From a virus (lineage: Duplodnaviria; Caudoviricetes), in IMG/VR virus record IMGVR_UViG_3300042363_001351, positions 46,606 through 110,605 of that record: a DNA stretch of 64,000 bases. One strand, 5' to 3'. A program made the translations under genes and the position numbers. Below are positions 37,955 to 47,975 of this stretch, piece by piece. The notes beneath the pieces were generated by a model. That model saw only the letters and a program-made list of their open reading frames with translations, was not told where the DNA came from and did not search any database. Numbering within the stretch: position 1 is the stretch's first letter; every line of letters begins with the position of its first letter.

Positions 37955-37972
37955 TAGCGCATATATAACAAT

Positions 37973-38704
37973 ATGCGCATAGCTTTCTCAGGTACAGCAA
38001 ATACAGGCAAAACAACTCTTATTAACAATTTCTTAGCTGTTTGGTCCCAGTATACAACTCCAGAAAAAACCTATAGGGATCTTATTAAGGAAAAAAACTT
38101 AACACATTCCTCATCTACTACAACCGATACGCAGTGGGACATTCTTAATTTTATGATTGATCAGCTTCAGTCATATGATAAAAATTCTAAGGTGGTATAT
38201 GATAGATGCCCGTTGGATAATTTAGCTTATACGCTATGGGCTCACGATAAAGGAATTGAAGGATTTGATAAGAAATATGTTGATAAGTGCATTACCTTAA
38301 CAAAGGAATCCATGAGACATTTAGATATTATCTTTTTATTAGAGTATGACGGTTCAATTAAAGTAGAGGATGATGGATTAAGAGATGCAAATGTAGAATA
38401 TATAAAAGAAATAGATAACATCTTTAAAGCGTTATTTGCTCAATACGAACAAAACTATGATGCTGATATATTTTTCCCTAAGGATGACTCTCCTGGTATA
38501 ATTGTATTACCTACTAATCCACAAAGACGTATTGATATTATTTCAGAATATATTAATACCGATGGCGAACTCTACGGAGACGAACACTCCTTATTCAACC
38601 CAGAGAAGCTGGATGAGCTCGAAACTCTTGTTAGACAGCAAAAAGCTGCCCTAGAACAAGAAGAGAAGGAGAAAGAGCTGTTTAAGAAGTTTGGGTTAAC
38701 TTAA
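37973..38704 (+). CDS. P-loop NMP-kinase-like protein (AAA_28 type)
   Basis: GTANTGKTT, YDRCPLD..AY, EDDGLR. Confidence 0.75.
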   Translation: MRIAFSGTANTGKTTLINNFLAVWSQYTTPEKTYRDLIKEKNLTHSSSTTTDTQWDILNFMIDQLQSYDKNSKVVYDRCPLDNLAYTLWAHDKGIEGFDKKYVDKCITLTKESMRHLDIIFLLEYDGSIKVEDDGLRDANVEYIKEIDNIFKALFAQYEQNYDADIFFPKDDSPGIIVLPTNPQRRIDIISEYINTDGELYGDEHSLFNPEKLDELETLVRQQKAALEQEEKEKELFKKFGLT

Positions 38705-39882
38705 ATGTTCTGGATTACTCCTGTAGTTCCGTAAGAGTGTCTATTACCACCCCAGGTCCAATACCTTACGTTTTGACCTGCATAAGTCATACTCACTAAC
38801 TGTATGAAGCTGTAACCAGGTAATATTCTAAAATTTGCATTTTGTGACATTGCTGATCCAGCAACTGCTTCATATATAGGCACTCCTGGAGAATTGATAA
38901 GCATTTGGCTCACAGTTGGAGTTTCGAGATTGAGAGAGTAACCGAAATAATAAGCATATGATCCAACTATGGGTGATACATAATGTATGCTATTTAAGTT
39001 TATAATTACAGGCTCTCTTGCAATAAAACTCACTTTATTGTTAGGCGTTCCTCCGAATCTCTCAAATGGTCCGTCATTGACTCCATTTTGACCTAATGTT
39101 GTTGTAGTCCATCCTTGATCTACACCTCTATTATCTAAAATAGAAAACGAGACTGGCTCTCTATTATACATGTTCCAAACAAAAAGTTTTGGATGTGTTC
39201 CACTAATACCTACAGCAGCAGTAGTACCAAAACTGTATTCGGATTGACCTGCAATAGTTGTTCTAATACTACCTATTAGTCGTCTACTTCTATCTGTAGG
39301 GTGAAGCGCTATACCATCTATATAATTCGTCTCTGCCGTAGAAATAAAATTATTAGGTCCGACATTTTGATTAGACCACGGTCTCGAAGTAATTTCAAAC
39401 GCTCCGCCTTTTATACCTAGATATATATCATAACATGTATCCGCTATACTACAAATATTAACTAACGAAGTTCCTATAACAGTATTATAGGTATACGCCT
39501 TCCATGCAGATAACGCTGTGTCGTAGAGTGTAACTGTATCTCCTTTAAATGGATGAACGTACAAAGTACCAGCATTTAAACCAGTAAGACTTGCAGTCGG
39601 TGTAGGGTTAGTTGGATTTAGCGACATCCTAACGTTCATTATACTAGGGAGAGCTGCGTTAGATACTATCTTAAGTTCAGCGCTTAAAATACTTATATCT
39701 GTCGCGTAAGTGCTAAGAACTCCTGCAAATGTTGTTTGCTCAATAGGAAGTATAACATCCTTATAATCAATAATATTTGTACCTTGTGGATTCTCTACGA
39801 TTAAGAAATCACCACTTGTTACATTGAATACTTGTGGTAATTCTTTTATATTCGTATATGTCTTGGTATCGCAGTTGGCCAT
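38701..39882 (-). CDS. Putative virion structural protein
   Basis: T/S/G/N-rich; NIKELP N-terminus; late promoter at 39888-39895. Confidence 0.55.
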   Translation of the reverse strand: MANCDTKTYTNIKELPQVFNVTSGDFLIVENPQGTNIIDYKDVILPIEQTTFAGVLSTYATDISILSAELKIVSNAALPSIMNVRMSLNPTNPTPTASLTGLNAGTLYVHPFKGDTVTLYDTALSAWKAYTYNTVIGTSLVNICSIADTCYDIYLGIKGGAFEITSRPWSNQNVGPNNFISTAETNYIDGIALHPTDRSRRLIGSIRTTIAGQSEYSFGTTAAVGISGTHPKLFVWNMYNREPVSFSILDNRGVDQGWTTTTLGQNGVNDGPFERFGGTPNNKVSFIAREPVIINLNSIHYVSPIVGSYAYYFGYSLNLETPTVSQMLINSPGVPIYEAVAGSAMSQNANFRILPGYSFIQLVSMTYAGQNVRYWTWGGNRHSYGTTGVIQNI

Positions 39883-39934
39883 ATTTATATTTATTAGAGT
39901 TGATTTTTTTCCTATGTGTAGATAATTAAATTAG

Positions 39935-40780
39935 ATGGTTGAAAGGAAAGAAAAGATAGGCGTTGGTATTATTACTTGTAACAGACCTGATTATTTAATT
40001 GGTCTTTTAAATTCTTTAGTTCAATGCGAAGATATTATTGATGAACTAGTTATAATCAATGATGGTAACCCTGTTAAAGATTTCAAATCTCCTCTTAAAA
40101 ACTATAATTGGTTGGATAATCCTGAAAATATAGGGGTAGGTAAATCGAAAAATAAAGCTATGCAACATCTCTTAGATAAAGAATGTGATTTTATCTTTAT
40201 TATAGAAGATGATATGATTATATTAGACCCTACTATATTTACCAAATATATAGAAGCATACAAGTTAAGTGGTATACATCACTTTAACTACGGGCCAGGT
40301 TCACCATTTAATCGTAAACAGGATATTCAATTTGATTTACATAATAGACATCTACTCAAGCAAGACACGGAACCTAATCCAAAAATGGTATTGGATTATA
40401 AAACAGTAAAGGTTTCCTTGTTTGAGCATACTGTAGCGATGTTTTCTTTCTTTACTAAGGAGGTACTCGAGAAAGTTGGTCTTATAGATGAAAGGTTTTA
40501 TAATGCTTGGGAGCATGTTGATCATACATATCGCATTATAAAAGCTGGATATCATCCGCCATTTTGGTGGTTTGCAGATTTATATGACAGTCATAAGTAT
40601 CTTACAGAAGCTCCCGGAGCTATAGATAACTCTTCCATTGCCAATAAAACAGAACAATGGGAAAAAAATGTTTATGGTGGGAGAGAAATATATAAGCAGA
40701 AACATGGTCACTATCCTAATCAGCCACCTTATACCTCGAAGGATGAGGTTATTAAAACAATCAAACATTTAAAAAAATAA
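39935..40780 (+). CDS. GT2 glycosyltransferase
   Basis: IITCNR, INDG, N.GV...KN, IEDD, DERF..AWEH.D. Confidence 0.85.
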   Translation: MVERKEKIGVGIITCNRPDYLIGLLNSLVQCEDIIDELVIINDGNPVKDFKSPLKNYNWLDNPENIGVGKSKNKAMQHLLDKECDFIFIIEDDMIILDPTIFTKYIEAYKLSGIHHFNYGPGSPFNRKQDIQFDLHNRHLLKQDTEPNPKMVLDYKTVKVSLFEHTVAMFSFFTKEVLEKVGLIDERFYNAWEHVDHTYRIIKAGYHPPFWWFADLYDSHKYLTEAPGAIDNSSIANKTEQWEKNVYGGREIYKQKHGHYPNQPPYTSKDEVIKTIKHLKK

Positions 40781-41367
40781 TGATATTATCTAAAAACGAA
40801 CTAGACAGTCAAAATATTGAAGAATTTGAAGATCTCTTACAAGAATATAAAAAGATATCTCCAAAATATTTTATGGAGATTGGATCGATGTACGGCTGGT
40901 CTTTGCAGCATTTTATTCATTATGGTGAATATGAATCTACTGCTGTAGTAGTTGACTTGCCGGTTAGACATTTCGTAGGACCGGGAGACTGGAGAGTAGA
41001 AAAACAGGAATATAATTATAAAAATGAATGGCCTAAATGGGCCAAGGAAAGGAAATGTAAGTTGTTTTTAATTCCAGATAGTTCGCTTAAGCAGACTACT
41101 CTGCAGAAAGTACGAGACATTTTAGGTAATAATAAGCTTGACTTTCTTTTTATAGATGGAGATCATAGGTATGAAGCTATTAAGTCTGATTATGAAATGT
41201 ATTCACCTCTTGTAAAGAAAGGTGGTGTAGTGGGATTTCATGATATAGGCGAAAAGGAAGAAGGTGGCGGTCGTCGGTTTTGGCTAGAAATAAAAGATAA
41301 GTTTCAGCACAGAGAAATCTTAAAAGATAAAAATAAAGAAAAAGGCATAGGTTTATTATATGTTTAA
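40780..41367 (+). CDS. Class I SAM-dependent methyltransferase
   Basis: MEIGS..G, DFLFIDGDH.YE...D, GG...FHD. Confidence 0.85.
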   Translation: MILSKNELDSQNIEEFEDLLQEYKKISPKYFMEIGSMYGWSLQHFIHYGEYESTAVVVDLPVRHFVGPGDWRVEKQEYNYKNEWPKWAKERKCKLFLIPDSSLKQTTLQKVRDILGNNKLDFLFIDGDHRYEAIKSDYEMYSPLVKKGGVVGFHDIGEKEEGGGRRFWLEIKDKFQHREILKDKNKEKGIGLLYV

Positions 41368-42181
41368 AATTGCCGTCGGTACAAATTTATTTGGTTCATG
41401 CCCTAGACAAGATCTAGGGATACAGAGTTTACTTAAGTGTAAAAAAATACTGGGTGATCAAATTGATCTTTTTAATGTACAATTTGCTAACGGTAAGGAC
41501 TTAACAGAGCATAGCGAAATAAAGACATTAAAATGTTTAACAAAAACCTCTAAAGAAGTATGTAATGGTGAGAGAGAGCTTCCAATAGTTCGTGAAATAT
41601 TCGATAAATTAGCTGATCTAGGGTATGATTATTTTTGCTTTGTTAATTCTGATATAATTGTTACCCCTAATTTTTTTAAAGAAATTCTAAAAGAAAATCA
41701 TGAAGCTTATATTGCTTCGCGTTTAGCTATCGAAGGAGATATACAGGATTTAAATTTTACTATTTCTATAAACGAATCAAAAGGTAAGGTAAGAAATAGC
41801 CATTATCAAGTTTCTGGTTTCGACGCTTTTACTATAAAAACTGATTGGTGGAAGGAAAATAGACTTATTTTCCCTGAGTACGTATTTGCTGTAGTATATT
41901 GGGACACGCATTATGCTACATTATTGCTAAAAAATGCAGATACATATATGCAAAATAAAAAACCAACATTATTTCACATAATACACGAAGATAAGTCCTC
42001 GTCACAGTGTGAAGAGTTCTTTTATAATCAGGATACTTTTTCGAAAAAGTATACAGAGGATTTTAATCTATGGCACAGATTTTTATTTGAAGTTCTTCTA
42101 AGAAGAGGTATTAATAATAACTATGTGTATCCTTTTCCTGATGAGATAGAAAAACAATATCAATATTTTAAATCAAACTAA
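41360..42181 (+). CDS. GT-A-like protein
   Basis: FCFVNSDI, GFDAF, WD, H..H. Confidence 0.6.
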   Translation: MFKIAVGTNLFGSCPRQDLGIQSLLKCKKILGDQIDLFNVQFANGKDLTEHSEIKTLKCLTKTSKEVCNGERELPIVREIFDKLADLGYDYFCFVNSDIIVTPNFFKEILKENHEAYIASRLAIEGDIQDLNFTISINESKGKVRNSHYQVSGFDAFTIKTDWWKENRLIFPEYVFAVVYWDTHYATLLLKNADTYMQNKKPTLFHIIHEDKSSSQCEEFFYNQDTFSKKYTEDFNLWHRFLFEVLLRRGINNNYVYPFPDEIEKQYQYFKSN

Positions 42182-43059
42182 TGATAGTACAGATTACAAT
42201 TACTAAAAACGAGTGCTTTTTATTAAAGGAAATGTTGCCTATATGGAGCAAGTATGCTGATGGATTTTTATTTTATAATGATGATTCGACAGATGATACT
42301 CTTGAGTTTCTCGAACAAAATAAAGAAAAATACAATATCCTCTCTATTATAAACAGACGGGAAGATAACTCAAAACATCTCAAGATGGAATCCAATATGA
42401 GGCAGCAGCTTTATGATGAAGCTTTAAAATATACAGATAAAATTATTTGTATGGATTCAGATGAATATCTTGAAAGTGATTTAACTAAGGAAAACTTAGA
42501 AAATATACTAGATCAAGCTACTGACTGTACCTTTTATCTTCAATGGGTTCAATATGCTAGTAAGGATACCGTTAGGGTTGATGGTAGTTGGAAGTGGACT
42601 CCTACGGATAGAATAGGTAAATACAATCAAAGAGCTCTCTACCCTACAAGTCAATCACATTCACTTCATTTACCTCAAACAACAAACGCACAAATATTTC
42701 CTCCTGATGTAATGTATATAGCTCACTTACAGTGGCTAGATAAAAGATGGGTCGGAGTAAAGCAATATTATTGGAAGGTATGGGACTATATAAATAGACT
42801 TATTCACAATGTTAAGACTATCGGCTCTGAGGGGTACGATCATTCTGTAAATAATTTTGAATGGGAGTATGCTTACGCGCCAAAGGAACTAAGAGTTAGA
42901 GAAGATATTTATAAAGTACAAGATATGAAAAAGAATGATAAATTACTTCTTATTCAAGAATATACACAAAAATATGATATACCTAATTTAGGAGATTGGG
43001 GCATGGGCATTTACGACTATATTACTAAAAAAAATAACACCGAATCGAAAGATAGATAA
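42181..43059 (+). CDS. GT2-like glycosyltransferase
   Basis: KNE, DDSTDDT, MDSDE motifs. Confidence 0.75.
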   Translation: MIVQITITKNECFLLKEMLPIWSKYADGFLFYNDDSTDDTLEFLEQNKEKYNILSIINRREDNSKHLKMESNMRQQLYDEALKYTDKIICMDSDEYLESDLTKENLENILDQATDCTFYLQWVQYASKDTVRVDGSWKWTPTDRIGKYNQRALYPTSQSHSLHLPQTTNAQIFPPDVMYIAHLQWLDKRWVGVKQYYWKVWDYINRLIHNVKTIGSEGYDHSVNNFEWEYAYAPKELRVREDIYKVQDMKKNDKLLLIQEYTQKYDIPNLGDWGMGIYDYITKKNNTESKDR

Positions 43060-43061
43060 TT

Positions 43062-43913
43062 ATGTATTTTTGTACAGCAGCCGATAGCGGCCATTATCCT
43101 GTTTTATTAAACATGATAGGCTCTTTGTTCAAACACAATGCTCAAAGTATTGAAGGTATAGCTGTGTTTGACTTAGGTCTAACAGCTAGCGAGATTAACG
43201 AAATTAAAAAAATAGACAAAGTTCAAGTTGTCGAAGTTGAGAAAATTCACCCTCTTATTATAACACCGCTTCATTCAGACAATAGTAGATGGGTGAAAGG
43301 TCTTTTTTCATGGAAAGCTGTAGCTATAAAACAAGCCTTGGAAATGTTTCCTTATGTACTGTATTTAGATGCAGGTACAACTATACTCAAACCCCTCGAT
43401 CCGCTTTTTAAACATATACTACAGAATGATTATTTTATTACTGACTGCGGACACTCTATCAAATGGATGACTACTAAATATATTATTAATAAATTTAGAC
43501 TAAACACATCACAAACAGATTGGATTTTAAGGGATAGTGTATTAGGTATTGATGCAGGGTTTATTGGTTTAACGCAAAAAATGTATAATCAATTTATTTT
43601 ACCGCTTTACGAGCTATCCAAAGAAATTCAAAATTTCGTTGATGATGGTACCTGTCCTGAAGGTTGGGGTACAGCAAGACACGATCAAACCCTATTCAGT
43701 ATACTAGCTAGGCAGTTAGATTTAACTGTACTAAACCATGATAGAGAAATTGAGGAATGCATTTTAACTTACAGTGATTATAAGACACCTTTTCATATAA
43801 CCCACGCAGCTCACAAAGTACGTGAAGATACTTGTATATATAGATCGAGAAGAAATATAGATATGAATATGTTAAATCATCATATTAGTTTTTTAAGAAA
43901 ATCTTCTAATTAG
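43062..43913 (+). CDS. GT-A-like protein (DUF1647-like)
   Basis: VFDLGL, SWK, LYLDAG, RHDQTLFS motifs. Confidence 0.6.
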   Translation: MYFCTAADSGHYPVLLNMIGSLFKHNAQSIEGIAVFDLGLTASEINEIKKIDKVQVVEVEKIHPLIITPLHSDNSRWVKGLFSWKAVAIKQALEMFPYVLYLDAGTTILKPLDPLFKHILQNDYFITDCGHSIKWMTTKYIINKFRLNTSQTDWILRDSVLGIDAGFIGLTQKMYNQFILPLYELSKEIQNFVDDGTCPEGWGTARHDQTLFSILARQLDLTVLNHDREIEECILTYSDYKTPFHITHAAHKVREDTCIYRSRRNIDMNMLNHHISFLRKSSN

Positions 43914-43916
43914 TCT

Positions 43917-44723
43917 ATGAAAATAGCATTATGCTTAGCGGGTCAAATAAGAACCTTAGACGCGAAAATAGTAATACAAAGTCTTAAGACTTTTTTTCTA
44001 CAAAACTACGACTGTGATGTCTATATTAGTACTTGGGACAATCGAGGGGTATCATATTGTCACGGTAATGTGAGTGAGGCTGAACGAATTAAATCTAATA
44101 ATTTAATAACTGCAGACGTAATCCGAGACATAATTCCAGGTAGTCTTGTAGAAGTAGAAAATTTGAATCAATGGATAGAAAATCTCACACCGGAATATAG
44201 ATGGTACTACGAAAACTGTCATGTACATCATAAGGGATTTCTACCACAGCTCTATAAAAAGCATAGAGCTTATGAAATGATTAGAGATAGATCAGAGGTA
44301 AATTATGATTATATCATAATAACAAGACCTGATATATTTTATTGGGAGAATTTAAACATAGAAAAATATTTAAAAGAAAAAAACACTATATTTAATTTTA
44401 ATCTCGAAGGTAGTATGTGCTACCATCCAAGCAGAATATACGATATCTTCTACATGGGCGATAGGGAAAGTGTTGAAGGTATATCTGAGACATATAACAA
44501 TATTAAGTACTTACTAGACGATCCGTTCGGTAGCGGGTTGGATACATTTGATGCTTGTAAGATGTTATATTTGTTTGCTAGAAAATATAAAAACTTGAAC
44601 GTTCAAACAGTTAGTTCAATTCCAGGAGCTATATTTAGAGGTGATACTGAAACAGAAATGCATTACTATTCTAAACTAACAGGGTTTGACGTTGATACTC
44701 TTAAAAAACAAATTAATATTTAA
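43917..44723 (+). CDS. Glycan-locus hypothetical protein (putative transferase)
   Basis: MKIALCLAGQIR, ISTW, YD..I.TRPD. Confidence 0.55.
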   Translation: MKIALCLAGQIRTLDAKIVIQSLKTFFLQNYDCDVYISTWDNRGVSYCHGNVSEAERIKSNNLITADVIRDIIPGSLVEVENLNQWIENLTPEYRWYYENCHVHHKGFLPQLYKKHRAYEMIRDRSEVNYDYIIITRPDIFYWENLNIEKYLKEKNTIFNFNLEGSMCYHPSRIYDIFYMGDRESVEGISETYNNIKYLLDDPFGSGLDTFDACKMLYLFARKYKNLNVQTVSSIPGAIFRGDTETEMHYYSKLTGFDVDTLKKQINI

Positions 44724-44724
44724 A

Positions 44725-46587
44725 ATGAAAATTATAATACCTCTCAACGGTAAGGGAGCTAGATTTAGTGAAAAGGGATATACTGATAGTAAGCCGTTTA
44801 TAAATATAAACGGTACTAGTATTTTGTGTAACGTAGTTAAGTCTCTTAATATTGATAAAGAAGAGTTAATTATACTAGCAAGAAAAGAATATACAAAAAA
44901 TAATTTAGATTTTTATCTTTATAAAAACTTTCCTAAGATTAAAAGTAAAGTAGTATATCTAGAAAAGGATACCATTGGCCCAGCTGATACTCTTCTTACA
45001 GGCCTTAAAAGCCTTTATAACGGTACTCTAGTAGATGAACCCTTCTTAGCTATAGACAGTGATACTATTTACAATGATGAAATTATATCTAAGCTAAAAG
45101 ATATAAACTCACCTTGTATTTTTTATTCTGAAACTACAGAAGAAGCACCTCTTTATTCGTATATTAAAATTGATGAAAACAATAACGTAGTTGATATAGC
45201 GGAAAAAATAAAAATCTCTAATCTCGCTAACACTGGAGCATACTTTTTTAATTCTTCTAAGAGGTTTTTTGAAATAGCTGAGAGTCTTTTAGAGGTTAAT
45301 AAAGATAATAGAGAAATCTATACCTCGCTAGTTTATAAAAAGATGATAGATGATGGCGCTCCTGTAAAGAGTATCTTTGTAAATAGTTTTAATGCGGTAG
45401 GTACTCCTTTGCAGTTGCAGAACTACAGTATGAACAATAAATCAAAACCTAAAAGATTTGTATTTGACTTAGATAACACTCTTGTAACTCACCCTAGAGT
45501 TTCTGGTGATTATAGTACGGTAGAGCCTATAACGGAAAATATAAATTTCTTAAAACATTTAAAGGATGCAGGTAATTATATTATTATATATACCGCTAGA
45601 AGAATGAAAACGCATAGTGGCAATGTTGCAAAAGTAGTAGCAGATATAGGCGATATAACTATACAAACACTCAAAAAATATGACATACAATATGATGAGT
45701 TGCAGTTTGGTAAACCTTATGCAGATTTTTATATTGACGATTTAAGTATTAATCCGTTAAAGGAGGATTTACAGCAGTGCACTGGTTTCTACTATCCTAA
45801 AAAAGTAGAGTCGAGACCTTTTAATACTGTCGAAATAATCGGCGACATAGTTACTAAAAGAGGTAATATATCGGGTGAGATTTATTGGTATAAGAACTGC
45901 CCGTACTATATTATAGATAAGTATTTCCCAAAAATTTATAGTTTGAGCGACAGCTTCATACAGATGGAGAGAGTAGAGGGAGCCTCGTTTTCACACCTTT
46001 ATACAAGCGGACTAGTAACTGAGACTATCTTATCTAAGATATTAACAGCACTAGATGATATTCATAAATTCAACGAACCTCGTAAAGGTGTCTATATTAA
46101 TAATTATAAAGAAAAAATATTAAAAAGATTTGAAGAAAACAAACAATTATATGCTTCTCTAAATGGTTCAAATGCGGTACTATCTGATTTAATAGAAGCT
46201 TTCGATAATTATAAAATAGAAGATGGTAGTATTATTCATGGAGACCCGGTCTTTTCTAATATATTTTTAACTACCAGTAATGATATAAAATTCATAGATG
46301 TAAGAGGTAGTAATGGATGCGAATTAACAATATATGGCGATCCTCTTTATGACTATGCAAAAATCTATCAGTCAATATTAGGGTATGATTTTATATTACT
46401 TGGTAAGGAGATAGATTTGCAGATAGTTGAAGAGATGAGAAGAATCTTTATTGATCTTATTACAAAGAAAAATATAGACATTGATATAGTTTCGCATATA
46501 ACAAAAAGTCATATTTTTAGTCTACTTCCTCTTCATACTGACGAAGTAAAGATTAAAAAATATTTCGATCTAATAAAAACAATTTAA
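44725..46587 (+). CDS. Trifunctional sugar nucleotidyltransferase + HAD phosphatase + APH-type kinase
   Basis: IP..GKGARF...KP and DSD; FDLDNTL, TAR, GKP.ADFYIDD; HGDP..SN, FID.RG, YDYAK. Confidence 0.8.
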   Translation: MKIIIPLNGKGARFSEKGYTDSKPFININGTSILCNVVKSLNIDKEELIILARKEYTKNNLDFYLYKNFPKIKSKVVYLEKDTIGPADTLLTGLKSLYNGTLVDEPFLAIDSDTIYNDEIISKLKDINSPCIFYSETTEEAPLYSYIKIDENNNVVDIAEKIKISNLANTGAYFFNSSKRFFEIAESLLEVNKDNREIYTSLVYKKMIDDGAPVKSIFVNSFNAVGTPLQLQNYSMNNKSKPKRFVFDLDNTLVTHPRVSGDYSTVEPITENINFLKHLKDAGNYIIIYTARRMKTHSGNVAKVVADIGDITIQTLKKYDIQYDELQFGKPYADFYIDDLSINPLKEDLQQCTGFYYPKKVESRPFNTVEIIGDIVTKRGNISGEIYWYKNCPYYIIDKYFPKIYSLSDSFIQMERVEGASFSHLYTSGLVTETILSKILTALDDIHKFNEPRKGVYINNYKEKILKRFEENKQLYASLNGSNAVLSDLIEAFDNYKIEDGSIIHGDPVFSNIFLTTSNDIKFIDVRGSNGCELTIYGDPLYDYAKIYQSILGYDFILLGKEIDLQIVEEMRRIFIDLITKKNIDIDIVSHITKSHIFSLLPLHTDEVKIKKYFDLIKTI

Positions 46588-46602
46588 GCGATTGATACTT
46601 AT

Positions 46603-46619
46603 AGGAACTGCTATATACT
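46603..46619 (+). promoter_or_regulatory. AGGAACT-N4-TATACT promoter motif with TTGATA -35
   Basis: 6 nt upstream of ATG 46626. Confidence 0.6.
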
Positions 46620-46625
46620 TTCTTT

Positions 46626-47954
46626 ATGACGAATAAAAAAGAAGCTATCTTACAGCTCGTTAAAGAATTTGTAGCAGAAAACGCCGAGCAAAAAAAATGG
46701 GTTGCTGGTAAAGACTGGGTACAGTACGCAGGACCGTTTTTTGACGAAAATGAGTATGTAGCTTCTATCGAGACGTTGCTTAATGGATGGTTGGTCTTAG
46801 GCCGTTGCGGTATTAATTTTGAAAATAAATTTCCTAAATTGCTCGATAAGCAATATGGCATTCTGACAAATAGCGGCAGCAGTTCTAATCTAATTATGAT
46901 GTCCGCTCTAACTTCAAAAAGGCTCTATAATCTCAAGAAAGGTACAAAGGTCATAACACCGATTGCTGGATTCCCTACTACTATCAACCCTATTTTTCAA
47001 TTAGGATTTGAGCCTCTGTTTGTTGATATAGATTTAGACACATTAAATCTAAATCTAGACCAGGTCGAGCAAAAGGCTAAAGAAGGAGCTAGAGTTATTA
47101 CTTTTGCTCACGTTCTAGGAAATCCTCCTAATATGGACGATCTGATGCAAATCGTTAAAAAATATGATCTTATTTTATTAGAAGATTGTTGTGATGCACT
47201 AGGATCGACATATAGAGACAAGCCTTTAGGAAGCTTCGGAGAATTTGCAAGCTGTTCATTTTACCCTGCGCATCATATTACTATGGGTGAAGGTGGTTTC
47301 GTAGCATGTAATACGCATCAACAGGAGATTGTAGCAAGAAGCTTTAGAGAATGGGGAAGAGGATGTTATTGTGTAGGTATGAAGGCTGGATTGCTTAAAA
47401 ACGGATCCTGTGGAAATCGTTTTAGTAATTGGCTTCCGTCTCTACCAGATGAAATTTTTGACCACAAATATGTTTATGATGAGATAGGCTATAACTTAAA
47501 ACCTATTGAAATTCAAGCCGCAATGGGTCTTGAACAAATTAAAAAATTGCCTCAAATTACCGAGAGACGTAAGCATAACCACTTTAAATTAGTTACTATA
47601 TTCAAGCAATTCGAAGAATATTTTATTATTCCTAAAGCTACTGAAAACAGTGATCCTAGCTGGTTTGCGTTCGCCTTAACAATAAAAGACAGAGCGCCCT
47701 TTAAAAGAAAAGACATAGTTGATTTTTTTGAATCGAATAAAATTCAAACTAGACCCTATTTTGCTGGTAATATTATGCTACAACCCGCTTATGAAGGTCT
47801 TATGGATAAGAATGAGGTAATTAATAATTATCCTAATGCTAGAAAGGTTACTACAGATACATTCTTTCTAGGAACCAGTCCTGTAATAACTGATGAGCAG
47901 CTTGACTATATAGAAAACGTGCTTAAATCTTTTATACAGTCACGCGTATTATAA
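46626..47954 (+). CDS. rfbH: NDP-4-keto-6-deoxyhexose 3-dehydrase (E1/DdhC type)
   Basis: NSGSSSNL, EDCCDALG, SFYPAHHITMGEGG (His instead of the PLP Lys), WGRGCYC...C, DHKY. Confidence 0.9.
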   Translation: MTNKKEAILQLVKEFVAENAEQKKWVAGKDWVQYAGPFFDENEYVASIETLLNGWLVLGRCGINFENKFPKLLDKQYGILTNSGSSSNLIMMSALTSKRLYNLKKGTKVITPIAGFPTTINPIFQLGFEPLFVDIDLDTLNLNLDQVEQKAKEGARVITFAHVLGNPPNMDDLMQIVKKYDLILLEDCCDALGSTYRDKPLGSFGEFASCSFYPAHHITMGEGGFVACNTHQQEIVARSFREWGRGCYCVGMKAGLLKNGSCGNRFSNWLPSLPDEIFDHKYVYDEIGYNLKPIEIQAAMGLEQIKKLPQITERRKHNHFKLVTIFKQFEEYFIIPKATENSDPSWFAFALTIKDRAPFKRKDIVDFFESNKIQTRPYFAGNIMLQPAYEGLMDKNEVINNYPNARKVTTDTFFLGTSPVITDEQLDYIENVLKSFIQSRVL

Positions 47955-47975
47955 AAATACTCGTGTAGTTTTTAT

